Source: an uncultured Clostridia bacterium
Lineage (GTDB): Bacteria; Bacillota; Clostridia; TANB77; CAG-508
Length of the DNA: 61,130 bases
Reading direction: 5' to 3'
Assembly: GCA_946401865.1 (NCBI GenBank)
Contig: CAMIVO010000003.1
Coordinates: 1 to 61,130, forward strand
Shown: positions 47,022 through 56,410 of the stretch, piece by piece
How the letters are laid out: each line of letters opens with the position of its first letter
Numbering within the stretch: position 1 is the first letter of the stretch
Made by a program: the position numbers and the translations under genes
Notes under the pieces: generated by a model
Database searches by the model: none
Seen by the model: only the letters and a program-made list of their open reading frames with translations
Told to the model about the DNA's origin: nothing

Positions 47022-48017
47022 ATGCAAACAGTATACATTGGAAGTTATTCAAATAAAGAAATAGATGTATTAACAATTAATAACCATATGGGTATTGATG
47101 ACATATATAAATCAAAAATTCAAAAGTGTAATCCTTCATATTTATGTGTAAATGATGAAATTCTATATTCAGTTGCAGAAATTCAAGATAGTGTTGTTAA
47201 TTCTGGATATATATTGTCGTATAAAATAACCAATAATGAATTAGAGTTTCTAAATCAAAGAATATCTTACGGAAATGACCCTTGTTATATCACTTACAAT
47301 AAATTTTTTAACATATTATTTGTTGCAAATTATACAGGAGGATCTTTTTCTGCATTTAAAATAAATGAAGATGGAAGTATAGGAGAAAAAATATATATAA
47401 AACACTACGGAATTAACTCTAAGATACATCAAATACAGTTTTCTAACGATTTTAAAAAATTATATGTAGTTGATTTGGGATTGAATAAAATAATTGAATA
47501 TAATATTATTTATGATAATATTTATTTTGATTTAAATGAAATATCATGTTTTTATTTTTTTAATAATGAACAACCTAGACATCTTATTCTAGATCGTTAT
47601 GATAATTTATTTGCAATTACTGAAAAATCATGTGAAATATACAAAATAGGACATAATAAAAAAAATGAGCTTAATATTTGTGAAAAAAAAAGCATATTAC
47701 CAAAAGATATACAAATAAAATCAAATTATTCAGGTTGTGCAATAAAGATAGATAATAAAAAAGAATATATTTACGTATCTATTAGAGGACACAATAGTAT
47801 TTCTGTGTTTAACATAAAAAATGGTTTAAATCTGATACAAAATGTTTCTTGTGAGGGGAAATGTCCAAGAGATATAGAACTATCTAAAGATGAAAAAAAT
47901 TTAGTTTGTGCAAATCAATTATCAGACAATATATCCATTTTTGCAATAGATAATGGAACTTTAACTTTTAAAAACAAGTATCATACAGAAACACCAACTT
48001 GTATATGTTTTAAATAA
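47022..48017 (+). CDS. Beta-propeller lactonase (6-phosphogluconolactonase-like)
   Basis: N-terminus is VYIGSYS. Repeated blade-like segments. Size is typical (331 aa). Confidence 0.6.
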   Translation: MQTVYIGSYSNKEIDVLTINNHMGIDDIYKSKIQKCNPSYLCVNDEILYSVAEIQDSVVNSGYILSYKITNNELEFLNQRISYGNDPCYITYNKFFNILFVANYTGGSFSAFKINEDGSIGEKIYIKHYGINSKIHQIQFSNDFKKLYVVDLGLNKIIEYNIIYDNIYFDLNEISCFYFFNNEQPRHLILDRYDNLFAITEKSCEIYKIGHNKKNELNICEKKSILPKDIQIKSNYSGCAIKIDNKKEYIYVSIRGHNSISVFNIKNGLNLIQNVSCEGKCPRDIELSKDEKNLVCANQLSDNISIFAIDNGTLTFKNKYHTETPTCICFK

Positions 48018-48020
48018 AAA

Positions 48021-48062
48021 ATAAGATTTTATAGCATTTTAATGTCCATAAAATCTTATTTT
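48021..48062. terminator. Bidirectional terminator hairpin between convergent genes
   Basis: Stem ataagattttat / ataaaatcttat flanked by A- and T-runs. Confidence 0.7.
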
Positions 48063-48080
48063 TTTAATATATTTATTTGA

Positions 48081-48830
48081 TTAACTTAATTGTCCTGCGT
48101 CTACAATTATATGTTGTCCTGTTATTGCTTTGGTAATATGAGTAATGGAGTATAAACTATCAGCAATATCTTCAGAAAAAGTAAAATTTTTCAAGGCAAT
48201 CATATTTTGTAAGGAACGAAAATTTTCCCCTATAAATCTAATATCTGTCTTTTTATGGATATCTTCATGAGTAACAACAGTTCCAGGAACAATACTGTTT
48301 ATTCGTATGTTGTCTTTTCCTAAGAATTTGACATTTGAATTTACCAATCCAAATATACCGCTCTTACATGCACTATATACAGGCAAACCTAAAGCAGCTA
48401 GAGCATTAATTGATGAAATAAAAGTGATAGACTTATTTTGTGAATTTGAATTTTTTAATAAAGGCAAAAATATATTTAATATATAAATGTGAGAAATAAG
48501 ATTCAATTTTACTGAAAAATCAATATCTTCAAAATTTAAATCATAAATTCCATTATTATCAGATGAAAAGACTTTAGCTGCAGCACTAATAATATGATCT
48601 ACATATCCAAATTTATAATATAATTCATTATATAATTCCTTCAACTCATCAACATTAGTAATATCTACAGAATAATAATGGTAATCCTCATTTTTATTAA
48701 AATCTTTATTTATGTTTTGCTCTTTTTTATCTACAGCAATAACAATGCAATTTAGATCTAAATATTTTTTTACAATCGCTTGAGCTATTTTTCCATCACC
48801 GCCAAATATTAATATTATATCTTTATTCAT
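48081..48830 (-). CDS. SDR-family oxidoreductase
   Basis: N-terminal ILIFGGDGKIAQ (Rossmann) and catalytic YSACKSG (YxxxK). Confidence 0.8.
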   Translation of the reverse strand: MNKDIILIFGGDGKIAQAIVKKYLDLNCIVIAVDKKEQNINKDFNKNEDYHYYSVDITNVDELKELYNELYYKFGYVDHIISAAAKVFSSDNNGIYDLNFEDIDFSVKLNLISHIYILNIFLPLLKNSNSQNKSITFISSINALAALGLPVYSACKSGIFGLVNSNVKFLGKDNIRINSIVPGTVVTHEDIHKKTDIRFIGENFRSLQNMIALKNFTFSEDIADSLYSITHITKAITGQHIIVDAGQLS

Positions 48831-48847
48831 TATAAAACTCCTTCCTT

Positions 48848-49387
48848 TTAAAATTCTTTACACACAATATTCTTCACATACATAACACCAGCAAACAAAG
48901 TCATTGCAATAGATAAATAATATAAGTAAATAGTTACACTTGAAAGAACAGCGATTCTTTCAGAAAGTAGGGTAAAGACAATTGCAATAAAAAGAAGAAC
49001 TGTTGCAGCTTTGCCATACCACTTACTATGTACAGTTACAATTTTTTTCTTAAATAGAACAGAAGCGACTACTATCATAGTAATTTCTTTAAGAGAAATA
49101 ATAATTAAAATCCAAAAAGGAATAATTCTTTTTAATATTAATGCTAAAATTGTTCCAACTTGAGTTATTTTATCAGCTAATGGATCCATAAGTTTTCCAA
49201 AGTCAGAAATTAAATTAAATTTTCTTGCAATATAACCATCTAAAACATCTGTTAAATTAGCTATAATATAGACAATTATTGCGATTGTATAATGTTCATA
49301 TAGAATTAATGCAAAAATTATTGGTACAAGTATTAATCTAATTATAGTAAGATAATTTGGTATTAATCTTTTTTCAAATTTCAACAT
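48848..49387 (-). CDS. pgsA: CDP-alcohol phosphatidyltransferase (PgsA-like)
   Basis: Signature is DVLDGYIARKFNLISDFGKLMDPLADK. Confidence 0.85.
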   Translation of the reverse strand: MLKFEKRLIPNYLTIIRLILVPIIFALILYEHYTIAIIVYIIANLTDVLDGYIARKFNLISDFGKLMDPLADKITQVGTILALILKRIIPFWILIIISLKEITMIVVASVLFKKKIVTVHSKWYGKAATVLLFIAIVFTLLSERIAVLSSVTIYLYYLSIAMTLFAGVMYVKNIVCKEF

Positions 49388-49499
49388 ATTCTTGTCCTCT
49401 CTATTATTAAAATTATTTGGAGATGTAGAGAATGTTATTCTATTTTATGGGGAGCATTACAAAATAATGCTCCTTTGATTATTATCTTTGGTATCAAGA

Positions 49500-51854
49500 T
49501 TAATTATTAAAAACTAATGAATCATTTATTTTATCAATTTTTATTTCTTGACCATTTGAAATTTCACCTTTTAAGATTCTTTCTGAAATTTCGTCCTCTA
49601 CGTACCTTTGTATAGCTCTACGAAGTGGTCTTGCTCCATATTTTAAATTAGTTCCTTTTTCTAATATGTATTCTTTTGCTTCATTTGATATGTTTAATTT
49701 AATATCTTTATTTGCTAAAGCAGAATTAGTATCTTTAAGCATTAAATCAACAATTTGAATTAATTGTTCTTTAGTTAAACTATTAAATGTAACAATTTCA
49801 TCAACTCTATTTAAAAATTCTGGTCTAAATACATCTTTTAATCTTTCCTCAATTTTTGCTTTATCAACAGTGGCATTTCCGAAACCAATTGAATTATTAT
49901 TTAAGTTTGATCCAGCATTAGATGTCATTATAATAATAGTATTTTCAAAACTAACGGTATTTCCTTGTGAATCTGTAAGTCTACCATCATCTAGAACTTG
50001 CAATAAAATGTTAAACACATCTGGGTGTGCTTTTTCAATTTCATCTAAAAGAATAATAGAGTAGGGATGACGTTTTACTTTATCTGTTAATTGACCTGCA
50101 TCATCATAGCCAACATATCCTGGAGGTGCACCAATTAGTTTTGCTGTAGAATTACTTTCCATATATTCAGACATATCTATTCTTATAATAGAATCTTCGT
50201 TACCAAACATTTCATAAGCTAAAGCCTTTGCTAATGCAGTTTTACCAACACCTGTAGGCCCTACAAATATAAAAGAAGGTGGGCGTTTAGTAGATTTTAA
50301 ACCTGCTCTATTTCTACGAATAGCTCTTGATACTGCCTCAACTGCTTCGTTTTGACCTATAATTTTTTTATGAAGATTTGTTTCTAAATTTAAAAGTTTT
50401 TGGGTTTCTTCCTCTGTAATCTTACTTAGAGGAATTTTTGTCCAGCTTTCAATTACACCAGCTACATCTTGTAAAGTCAAATTTTTGATTTCCATAGTAG
50501 AATTAATTTTATCAATTTCTTCCATTAGTCTACATTCTTCGGTTTTTAAAGTTGCGGCTTTTTGATAATCTTCTGTAGAATCAGTAGTAACAGCTTCATC
50601 TTTTTGTTCTTGAACATTTTTTAATTGCTGTCTTAATAATTCTAATTTATATAAATCTTTATTTTCAAGATTTATTCTAGAACAAGCCTCATCTAAAATA
50701 TCAATTGCTTTGTCTGGTAAAAATCTGTCATGGATGTATTTTTCAGACATTATAACAGTTTGCTTAATAACATCTGTAGAAATTTTTACTTTATGGTAAT
50801 CTTCATAATATTTTTTAATACCATCTAAAATACCAATAGAATCTGTAATAGAAGGTTCTTCAACAAGAACTTGTTGGAATCTACGTTCTAAAGCAGTATC
50901 TTTTTCAATATATTTACGATACTCTTTAATAGTAGTAGTACCAATAATCTGAACCTCACCATTAGCTAATGCTGGTTTTAAAATATTTGCAGCATTCATA
51001 GAGCTATCTGCATCAGAACCAGCACCTGCTCCAATAATAGAATGAATTTCATCAATTACTAAAATAATATTTCCATAATGTTTACATTCTTCGATAAGGC
51101 CTTTCATTCTAGCTTCAAATTGGCCTCTAAATTGAGTTCCAGCTATTATTGAAGTCATATCTAAAAGATAAACTTCTTTATTTAAAAGTTTTGCAGGTAC
51201 ATTTTTTGATGCTATTTTAATTGCTAAAGAATTAGCAATAGCAGTTTTACCAACACCAGGTTCACCAATTAAACAAGGATTATTTTTAGATCGTCTATTT
51301 AAAATCTGTATAACTCGCTGAAGCTCTTTATCTCTGCCGATTACAGCATCTAATTCGTTATTTTCTGCTTTAGAAGTAAGATTAATTCCATAAGTATCTA
51401 AAAATTTCTTTTTCTTAGTAGCATTCTTCTTTTTTTCAGATTTAACTTTTTTCTTAACTGTACCATTTGCATCTTGTGGTTGGTTTTGACTACCAAAAAG
51501 ATTTCCAAAAATAGAACCAAGTGGAATAGCACCTGCAAAAACTTTAGGTTCTTGTGGTTCATCTGAATCGCTATCTTCATCAAATTGAGAAGAAGGAATA
51601 GCACCAAATTGAATACCATCGATATTTCCTAAATTTTCAGAAAGATTTTGAAATAAGCCTTCTAATTGTTTATTAACATCATTTGCATTTTGATTAAAAA
51701 TAGTTTGACTTTGTGCTTTTAAAATTTCGTCAGTGTTAATACCTTGTTTTTTAGCACAATTTATACATAAACCTTCCATTTCTCTTTTACCATCTGGCAA
51801 AATTTTACTAGAGAAAATAGAGGCTTCATATTTATGACACATTGAACATAACAT
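49500..51854 (-). CDS. clpE: Class III stress ATPase ClpE-type Clp/Hsp100 chaperone (N-terminal zinc ribbon, two AAA+ modules)
   Basis: N-terminus is CSMCHK...22 aa...CINC. Walker A motifs are GEPGVGKTA and GPTGVGKTA. A coiled-coil linker separates the two modules. Confidence 0.85.
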   Translation of the reverse strand: MLCSMCHKYEASIFSSKILPDGKREMEGLCINCAKKQGINTDEILKAQSQTIFNQNANDVNKQLEGLFQNLSENLGNIDGIQFGAIPSSQFDEDSDSDEPQEPKVFAGAIPLGSIFGNLFGSQNQPQDANGTVKKKVKSEKKKNATKKKKFLDTYGINLTSKAENNELDAVIGRDKELQRVIQILNRRSKNNPCLIGEPGVGKTAIANSLAIKIASKNVPAKLLNKEVYLLDMTSIIAGTQFRGQFEARMKGLIEECKHYGNIILVIDEIHSIIGAGAGSDADSSMNAANILKPALANGEVQIIGTTTIKEYRKYIEKDTALERRFQQVLVEEPSITDSIGILDGIKKYYEDYHKVKISTDVIKQTVIMSEKYIHDRFLPDKAIDILDEACSRINLENKDLYKLELLRQQLKNVQEQKDEAVTTDSTEDYQKAATLKTEECRLMEEIDKINSTMEIKNLTLQDVAGVIESWTKIPLSKITEEETQKLLNLETNLHKKIIGQNEAVEAVSRAIRRNRAGLKSTKRPPSFIFVGPTGVGKTALAKALAYEMFGNEDSIIRIDMSEYMESNSTAKLIGAPPGYVGYDDAGQLTDKVKRHPYSIILLDEIEKAHPDVFNILLQVLDDGRLTDSQGNTVSFENTIIIMTSNAGSNLNNNSIGFGNATVDKAKIEERLKDVFRPEFLNRVDEIVTFNSLTKEQLIQIVDLMLKDTNSALANKDIKLNISNEAKEYILEKGTNLKYGARPLRRAIQRYVEDEISERILKGEISNGQEIKIDKINDSLVFNN

Positions 51855-51936
51855 AAATTTTTCCTCATTTCTTTAATAATATACAATAATACATTATATA
51901 TAATACAGTAAAAAATGAATAAAGTCAAGTCATGCT

Positions 51937-51996
51937 GTTGTCACGGGTACCGGAGATTTTTGGCTATTTTTGCCACAGGTAGCAGAGAATTTGGGT
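51937..51996. repeat. REP-like repeat cluster 1 (orientation A) upstream of the Y1 transposase
   Basis: gttgtcacgggtaccggagatttttggc plus a degenerate second unit tttgccacaggtagcagagaatttgggt. Confidence 0.75.
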
Positions 51997-52093
51997 AAAT
52001 TATTATGTTTATGTATAGACATTATGGTTTTATTATGATATAATCCTTTACGTTAGGGGCATGGAGGAAACAAATAATAAAGGAGGAACATAA

Positions 52094-52867
52094 TTGCCCA
52101 GAGTTCATAGAAGTTTTAGTAGATCAAAAACATATCATATAGTAATTAAAGGTCTTGATGATACCGATTTTTTTTATGACAATGAAGATAGAGTTGTTTT
52201 CTTGGAAAAAATCCAATATTCGAAACATAAATTCAAATATAAAGTATATGCTTATTGCTTAATGACAAACCATGTTCATATGGTTATTAAGGTTGATAAT
52301 GATAATTTATCAAAAGCCATGCAAAGCTTAATTATAAGGTATTCAAGATATTTTAATAGGAAATATGATAGAAAAGGTAATTTTATTCAAAATAGATTTT
52401 TTAGTAAAAATATTGAAAATCAAAAATATTTTTTAGATGTCTGTAGATATGTCCATAGAAATCCCGAAAAAGCAGGAATAGGTAAAACATGTAATTACAA
52501 ATGGAGTAGTTATCATGAATATTTAGGAAAAGAAGATATTATTAACAAAAAAGTTTTAATGCATTATTTAGATAATAGTATTGAAAATTTTATACATTAT
52601 ACCAATAAAGAAGAAGATATAAACGAAACAATGAATTTAGCAGACTTTGAAATGACTACATCTTTAAGTGATGATGAATTAATTGAAATAATAAAAAAGA
52701 TATTCAATTTAAAAACTACTAATGCGATTATTAAATACTTTAAAAATACTCAAAATAGAATAAAGTTAAAAGAACTAAAAGATATACATGGAATTAGTCA
52801 GAGACAAATCTCAAGGATAACAATGGTTAATCGAGAATTAATTAGACGAATTTTTAGAAAAAAGTAG
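52094..52867 (+). mobile_element. IS200/IS605-type Y1 (HUH) transposase, REP-associated (RAYT-like), with a C-terminal HTH
   Basis: HUH motif is LMTNHVHMVIKV. Catalytic Tyr motif is RYVHRNPEKAG. C-terminal HTH-like segment is IHGISQRQISRITMVNRELIRRI. TTG start. Flanked by inverted REP clusters. Confidence 0.8.
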
Positions 52868-52960
52868 TCAAAAATCTCCGGTACCGGTGACAACAACCAT
52901 GCCAAAAATCTCCGGTACCGGTGACAACAACCATGCCAAAAATCTCCGGTACCGGTGACA
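52868..52960. repeat. REP-like repeat cluster 2 (orientation B): 2.8 tandem copies of a 34-bp unit
   Basis: Unit is ccaaaaatctccggtaccggtgacaacaaccatg, starting at 52868, 52902 and 52936. It contains the palindrome ccggtaccgg. Confidence 0.85.
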
Positions 52961-53033
52961 CAAAAAAAATTCTCAAACTTATTGCTAAATAAAAAAATAT
53001 ATTATATAATGCAAATTGAGAGGAGGAATTTAT

Positions 53034-53672
53034 ATGGCAAGTTATATTATTGTTGCAATTATTGCTTATGCAATAGGAAGTATCAATTTTTCAGTAATTA
53101 TTAGCAAAAAAATGGCAGGATTTGATGTTAGAGAAAAAGGTAGTGGAAATGCAGGCTCTACAAATATGCTCAGATCAGTAGGAAAAAAAGCAGCCATACT
53201 TACTCTTATATGTGATATCTTAAAAGGAGTTATTGCAGTTTTAATGGCATTTATAATTGGAAAAATTAGCAAAAATGTAGATCAGGCACTTCTTGTTCAA
53301 ATTGCAGGAATATTAGTAGTTGTTGGTCATACATTTCCAATATTTTTTGAGTTTAAAGGTGGAAAAGGTGTTGCTACATCACTTGGTGTTTTATTAATAA
53401 TAAATTGGAAAATAGGATTAATATGCTTAGTATTTGCATTAGTAATAATGGCATTAAGTAGAATGGTATCATTAGGTTCAATTGGCGCAGCTGTTTTATT
53501 TCCAGTTTTGACATTATTTATTCATTCTAATTATATAGTCCAAGCTACTGGAATAAAATATATAGTATTTGGAATAATACTTGCTGCATTCGTAATTTTT
53601 AATCATAGAGCCAATATTCAAAGAATTGCAAATGGAACTGAAAATAAGTTGAGTTTTAAAAATAAAAATTAG
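53034..53672 (+). CDS. plsY: Glycerol-3-phosphate acyltransferase PlsY
   Basis: GSGNAGSTN motif in a polytopic membrane protein. RBS gaggagg lies before ATG 53034. Confidence 0.9.
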   Translation: MASYIIVAIIAYAIGSINFSVIISKKMAGFDVREKGSGNAGSTNMLRSVGKKAAILTLICDILKGVIAVLMAFIIGKISKNVDQALLVQIAGILVVVGHTFPIFFEFKGGKGVATSLGVLLIINWKIGLICLVFALVIMALSRMVSLGSIGAAVLFPVLTLFIHSNYIVQATGIKYIVFGIILAAFVIFNHRANIQRIANGTENKLSFKNKN

Positions 53673-53775
53673 GCCAAAAATCTCCGGTACCAGTGGCAAG
53701 GCCAGGCCAAAAATCTCCGGTACCAGTGACAACAACATTGCCAAAAATCTCCGGTACGAGTGGCACAGTGGCAAG
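53672..53775. repeat. REP-like repeat cluster 3 (orientation B, three units) between plsY and gpsA
   Basis: Three occurrences of gccaaaaatctccggtac(c/g)agtg(g/a)c with variable tails. Confidence 0.8.
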
Positions 53776-53788
53776 AAAGGATAATAAA

Positions 53789-54781
53789 ATGAAACAAATA
53801 GCTATAATTGGAAGTGGAAGTTGGGGTGTTGCTCTTGCTATACACTTAGCAAAAAAAGGAAATAAAGTAAAAATTTGGTCTTTTTCTGAGGAAGAAGCAA
53901 ATCTTATAAATAATGAAAAAAAGTGTAAGTTTTTACCTGATGTTGTAATTCCAGAAAACATAGAATGCAGAAATTCATATGAAGAAGTTATTAAAGGTGC
54001 AGATGTAATCCTACATGTTACCCCTTCAAAATTTACAAGGAATACGGTAAAACAGTATAAGAAATTTGTTGATGTTGAGAAACAGCCTATAGTTATATGT
54101 TCTAAAGGTATTGAAAAAGATACAATGCTTACATTAGATGAAGTTATTAAACAAGAAATACCAAATGCAAGAATTGGTGCACTTTCTGGACCTAGTCATG
54201 CAGAGGAAGTATCAGTAGGAATTCCGACTGTTTTAGTTATTGCTTCAAAAGATGAAGAACTAAAAGGAATAATACAAGATGCATTTATGAATGAAGAAAT
54301 AAGAATTTATACCTCAAATGACATAAAAGGTGTAGAACTTGGTGGTGCATTAAAAAATATCATTGCATTTTGTGCAGGGGTAGCTGCAGGACTTGGCTTT
54401 GGGGATAATACATATGCAGCATTAATAACAAGAGGATTAGTTGAAATTAGAAAATTAGGTATAGCTTTAGGTGGAGAAAAAGATACATTTTATGGTCTAA
54501 CAGGACTAGGAGACTTAATTGTTACTTGTTTAAGTGAACATTCTAGAAATAGAAAAGCAGGTAAATTAATAGGTCAAGGAAAAACAATAGAAGAAACTAG
54601 AAAAGAAGTTGGAATGACAATAGAGTCAATAGATAATATTGAGGTTGCAAAGGCTTTAACAGATAAACTAAACCTAGAACTTCCAATTTTAAATACTGTA
54701 TATGATGTTTTATATAATAATTTAGATCCAAAAGATGCAGTAAAAATTTTAATGACGAGAGGCAGAAAAGAAGAAGATTAG
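53789..54781 (+). CDS. gpsA: NAD(P)H-dependent glycerol-3-phosphate dehydrogenase
   Basis: MKQIAIIGSGSWGVALA (Rossmann) preceded by RBS aaagga. The 32-codon upstream extension of ORF 53693 only reads through REP units. Confidence 0.9.
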   Translation: MKQIAIIGSGSWGVALAIHLAKKGNKVKIWSFSEEEANLINNEKKCKFLPDVVIPENIECRNSYEEVIKGADVILHVTPSKFTRNTVKQYKKFVDVEKQPIVICSKGIEKDTMLTLDEVIKQEIPNARIGALSGPSHAEEVSVGIPTVLVIASKDEELKGIIQDAFMNEEIRIYTSNDIKGVELGGALKNIIAFCAGVAAGLGFGDNTYAALITRGLVEIRKLGIALGGEKDTFYGLTGLGDLIVTCLSEHSRNRKAGKLIGQGKTIEETRKEVGMTIESIDNIEVAKALTDKLNLELPILNTVYDVLYNNLDPKDAVKILMTRGRKEED

Positions 54782-54866
54782 AAACATATTTAAAATATAA
54801 AATTTAAAAATTAGAATAATAATATCAAAATAATGTATAATATAAATATAGAAAGGATTGATTAAA

Positions 54867-55376
54867 ATGGAATTTTTTGATAAATTAACAAAAAAAGCAA
54901 GTGAAACATATAAGGGAGCTGCAGAAAAAACAGGAAAGCTAGCTAGAGAAGCTAAATTAAAAATAAAAATAAATGAAAATAAATCTAAAATAAATGATAT
55001 TTATGAAGAAATTGGAAAAAAAGTATATCAAAAACACACTTCAAATGAAGATATTTGTATAAAAAAAGATTTAGAAGATGAATGTGGAAAAATAGATGTT
55101 CTTTCTGCAGAAATTGAAGAATACCATAAAGAAATATTAGAATTATCTAACGAAAAAGCATGTGTAAATTGTGGAGAACATATGGGATTAGATGCAAAAT
55201 TTTGCCCAAAATGCGGAAAAGAACAACCAGAAATAAAAGAAGAACCTGCTAAAGAAGTAGAAGTTATAAATGAAAACGTTTCAGAAGAAAGCAGTTCAGA
55301 AGAATATAACGAAGAAAGTAAAGAAGAATGTAATACAGAAGAAGGAAATACAGAAGAAAGTAATAACCAAGAATAA
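54867..55376 (+). CDS. Zinc-ribbon domain protein with an acidic C-terminal tail
   Basis: CVNCG...CPKCG ribbon. N-terminal helical region. The tail is rich in Glu/Ser/Asn. Confidence 0.6.
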   Translation: MEFFDKLTKKASETYKGAAEKTGKLAREAKLKIKINENKSKINDIYEEIGKKVYQKHTSNEDICIKKDLEDECGKIDVLSAEIEEYHKEILELSNEKACVNCGEHMGLDAKFCPKCGKEQPEIKEEPAKEVEVINENVSEESSSEEYNEESKEECNTEEGNTEESNNQE

Positions 55377-55490
55377 TTAAAGAACTTAAATAATAAAAAC
55401 ATGGAATATTTGAAGACCATCTTTTATGCAGAATAAGAGGTAAGAAGTTGAATATAGTAAATTATTTCCAACATTTTATCTCTTATTCTT

Positions 55491-55772
55491 TTAATATGGA
55501 TATCTCTCAAATAGATACTTTATAACTGTATCAGCGTTTTGTTCAGAAATTTTAATATATATATCTTTATCCAAATTAACCCACATTTTTATATCATATT
55601 TATTCATATTATCTATAAATACACCAATTAAATCTGTTATTTCTACAGGATTTTTATATTCTTTTAACCATTTGTTTTCAGATTCGATTTCTAAATTTGT
55701 ATCATAAAATTTACTTAAAAACTTATTTAATTCACCCTTTTTCTTACTTTGCAAACGTACTTTAGCAAGCAT
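55491..55772 (-). CDS. Hypothetical 93-aa protein
   Basis: Intact ORF with RBS ggagga upstream on the minus strand. No family recognised. Confidence 0.45.
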   Translation of the reverse strand: MLAKVRLQSKKKGELNKFLSKFYDTNLEIESENKWLKEYKNPVEITDLIGVFIDNMNKYDIKMWVNLDKDIYIKISEQNADTVIKYLFERYPY

Positions 55773-55828
55773 GATTTTTCCTCCACATTTTTAGTATAAT
55801 TAATAAAAAATAAATTATTCTTTTTTAA

Positions 55829-55857
55829 TTGAAAAATGTCAAAAAAAATGTTATAAT
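55829..55857 (+). promoter_or_regulatory. Promoter of rnpB
   Basis: TTGAAA, 17-nt spacer, TATAAT. It ends about 8 nt before the P1 stem start. Confidence 0.6.
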
Positions 55858-55865
55858 AAAAAAAC

Positions 55866-56234
55866 AGAGTAAATTGATTAGTCGCTGGTAAAATTCCGAA
55901 AGGATTTACGAGAGGAAAGTCCGGGCTCCATAGAGCAAAGATGCTAGATAACGTCTAGTGAGGGTAACCTTAAGGAAAGTGCAACAGAAAATAACCGCCA
56001 TAGGATTTCATATTGTTATGTGATTCATGTGGTAAGGATGAAAAGGCGAGGTAAGAGCTCACCGGCTGTAAGGTGACTTATGGCGTCAGTGTAAACCCCA
56101 TCTGGAGCAACACCTAAAATGGATTTTAACACCTGCTCGGTGGTCCAAAATTGCGTGGCTTGAGCTATATAGCAATATATAGTCTAGATAAATGACTAAT
56201 TTAAATGCCAGAACCCGGCTTACAGATTTACTCT
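55866..56234 (+). ncRNA. rnpB: RNase P RNA (bacterial, Firmicute type B-like)
   Basis: Conserved P4 strands are gaggaaagtccgggctc and acagaacccggcttac-like (cagaacccggctta). P1 pairing is agagtaaat (55866..55874) with atttactct (56226..56234). Also has the ggtaagagctcacc motif. Confidence 0.9.
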
Positions 56235-56410
56235 ATTTTTATTTAAAACAAATTTGTAAATATTATTTTTAATAAAAATATCATAAAAATTTAATAAAAT
56301 TACAAAAACTTTGAAAAAAGTAACAACCAACTGGACTATATTTAAGAAATTTTTTAGTATTATTAAGTTACATATCTAATAATAAATGATAAAAAAATAG
56401 GAGGGAACAG

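Noticed and set aside
52868-53775. Regularly spaced 34-bp repeats that at first glance resemble a CRISPR array
   Set aside because: - Units at 52868..52960 abut head-to-tail with no unique spacers.
- The 53672..53775 units have only short irregular linkers.
- No cas genes are nearby.
- The same unit is dispersed singly and flanks a Y1 transposase. It is therefore interpreted as REP-like elements.
53693-53788. N-terminal 32-codon extension of the gpsA ORF (MARPGQKSPVPVTT...)
   Set aside because: It is a read-through of three REP units with no RBS. The canonical start MKQIAIIGSGSWG at 53789 has an RBS and matches the GpsA Rossmann N-terminus.
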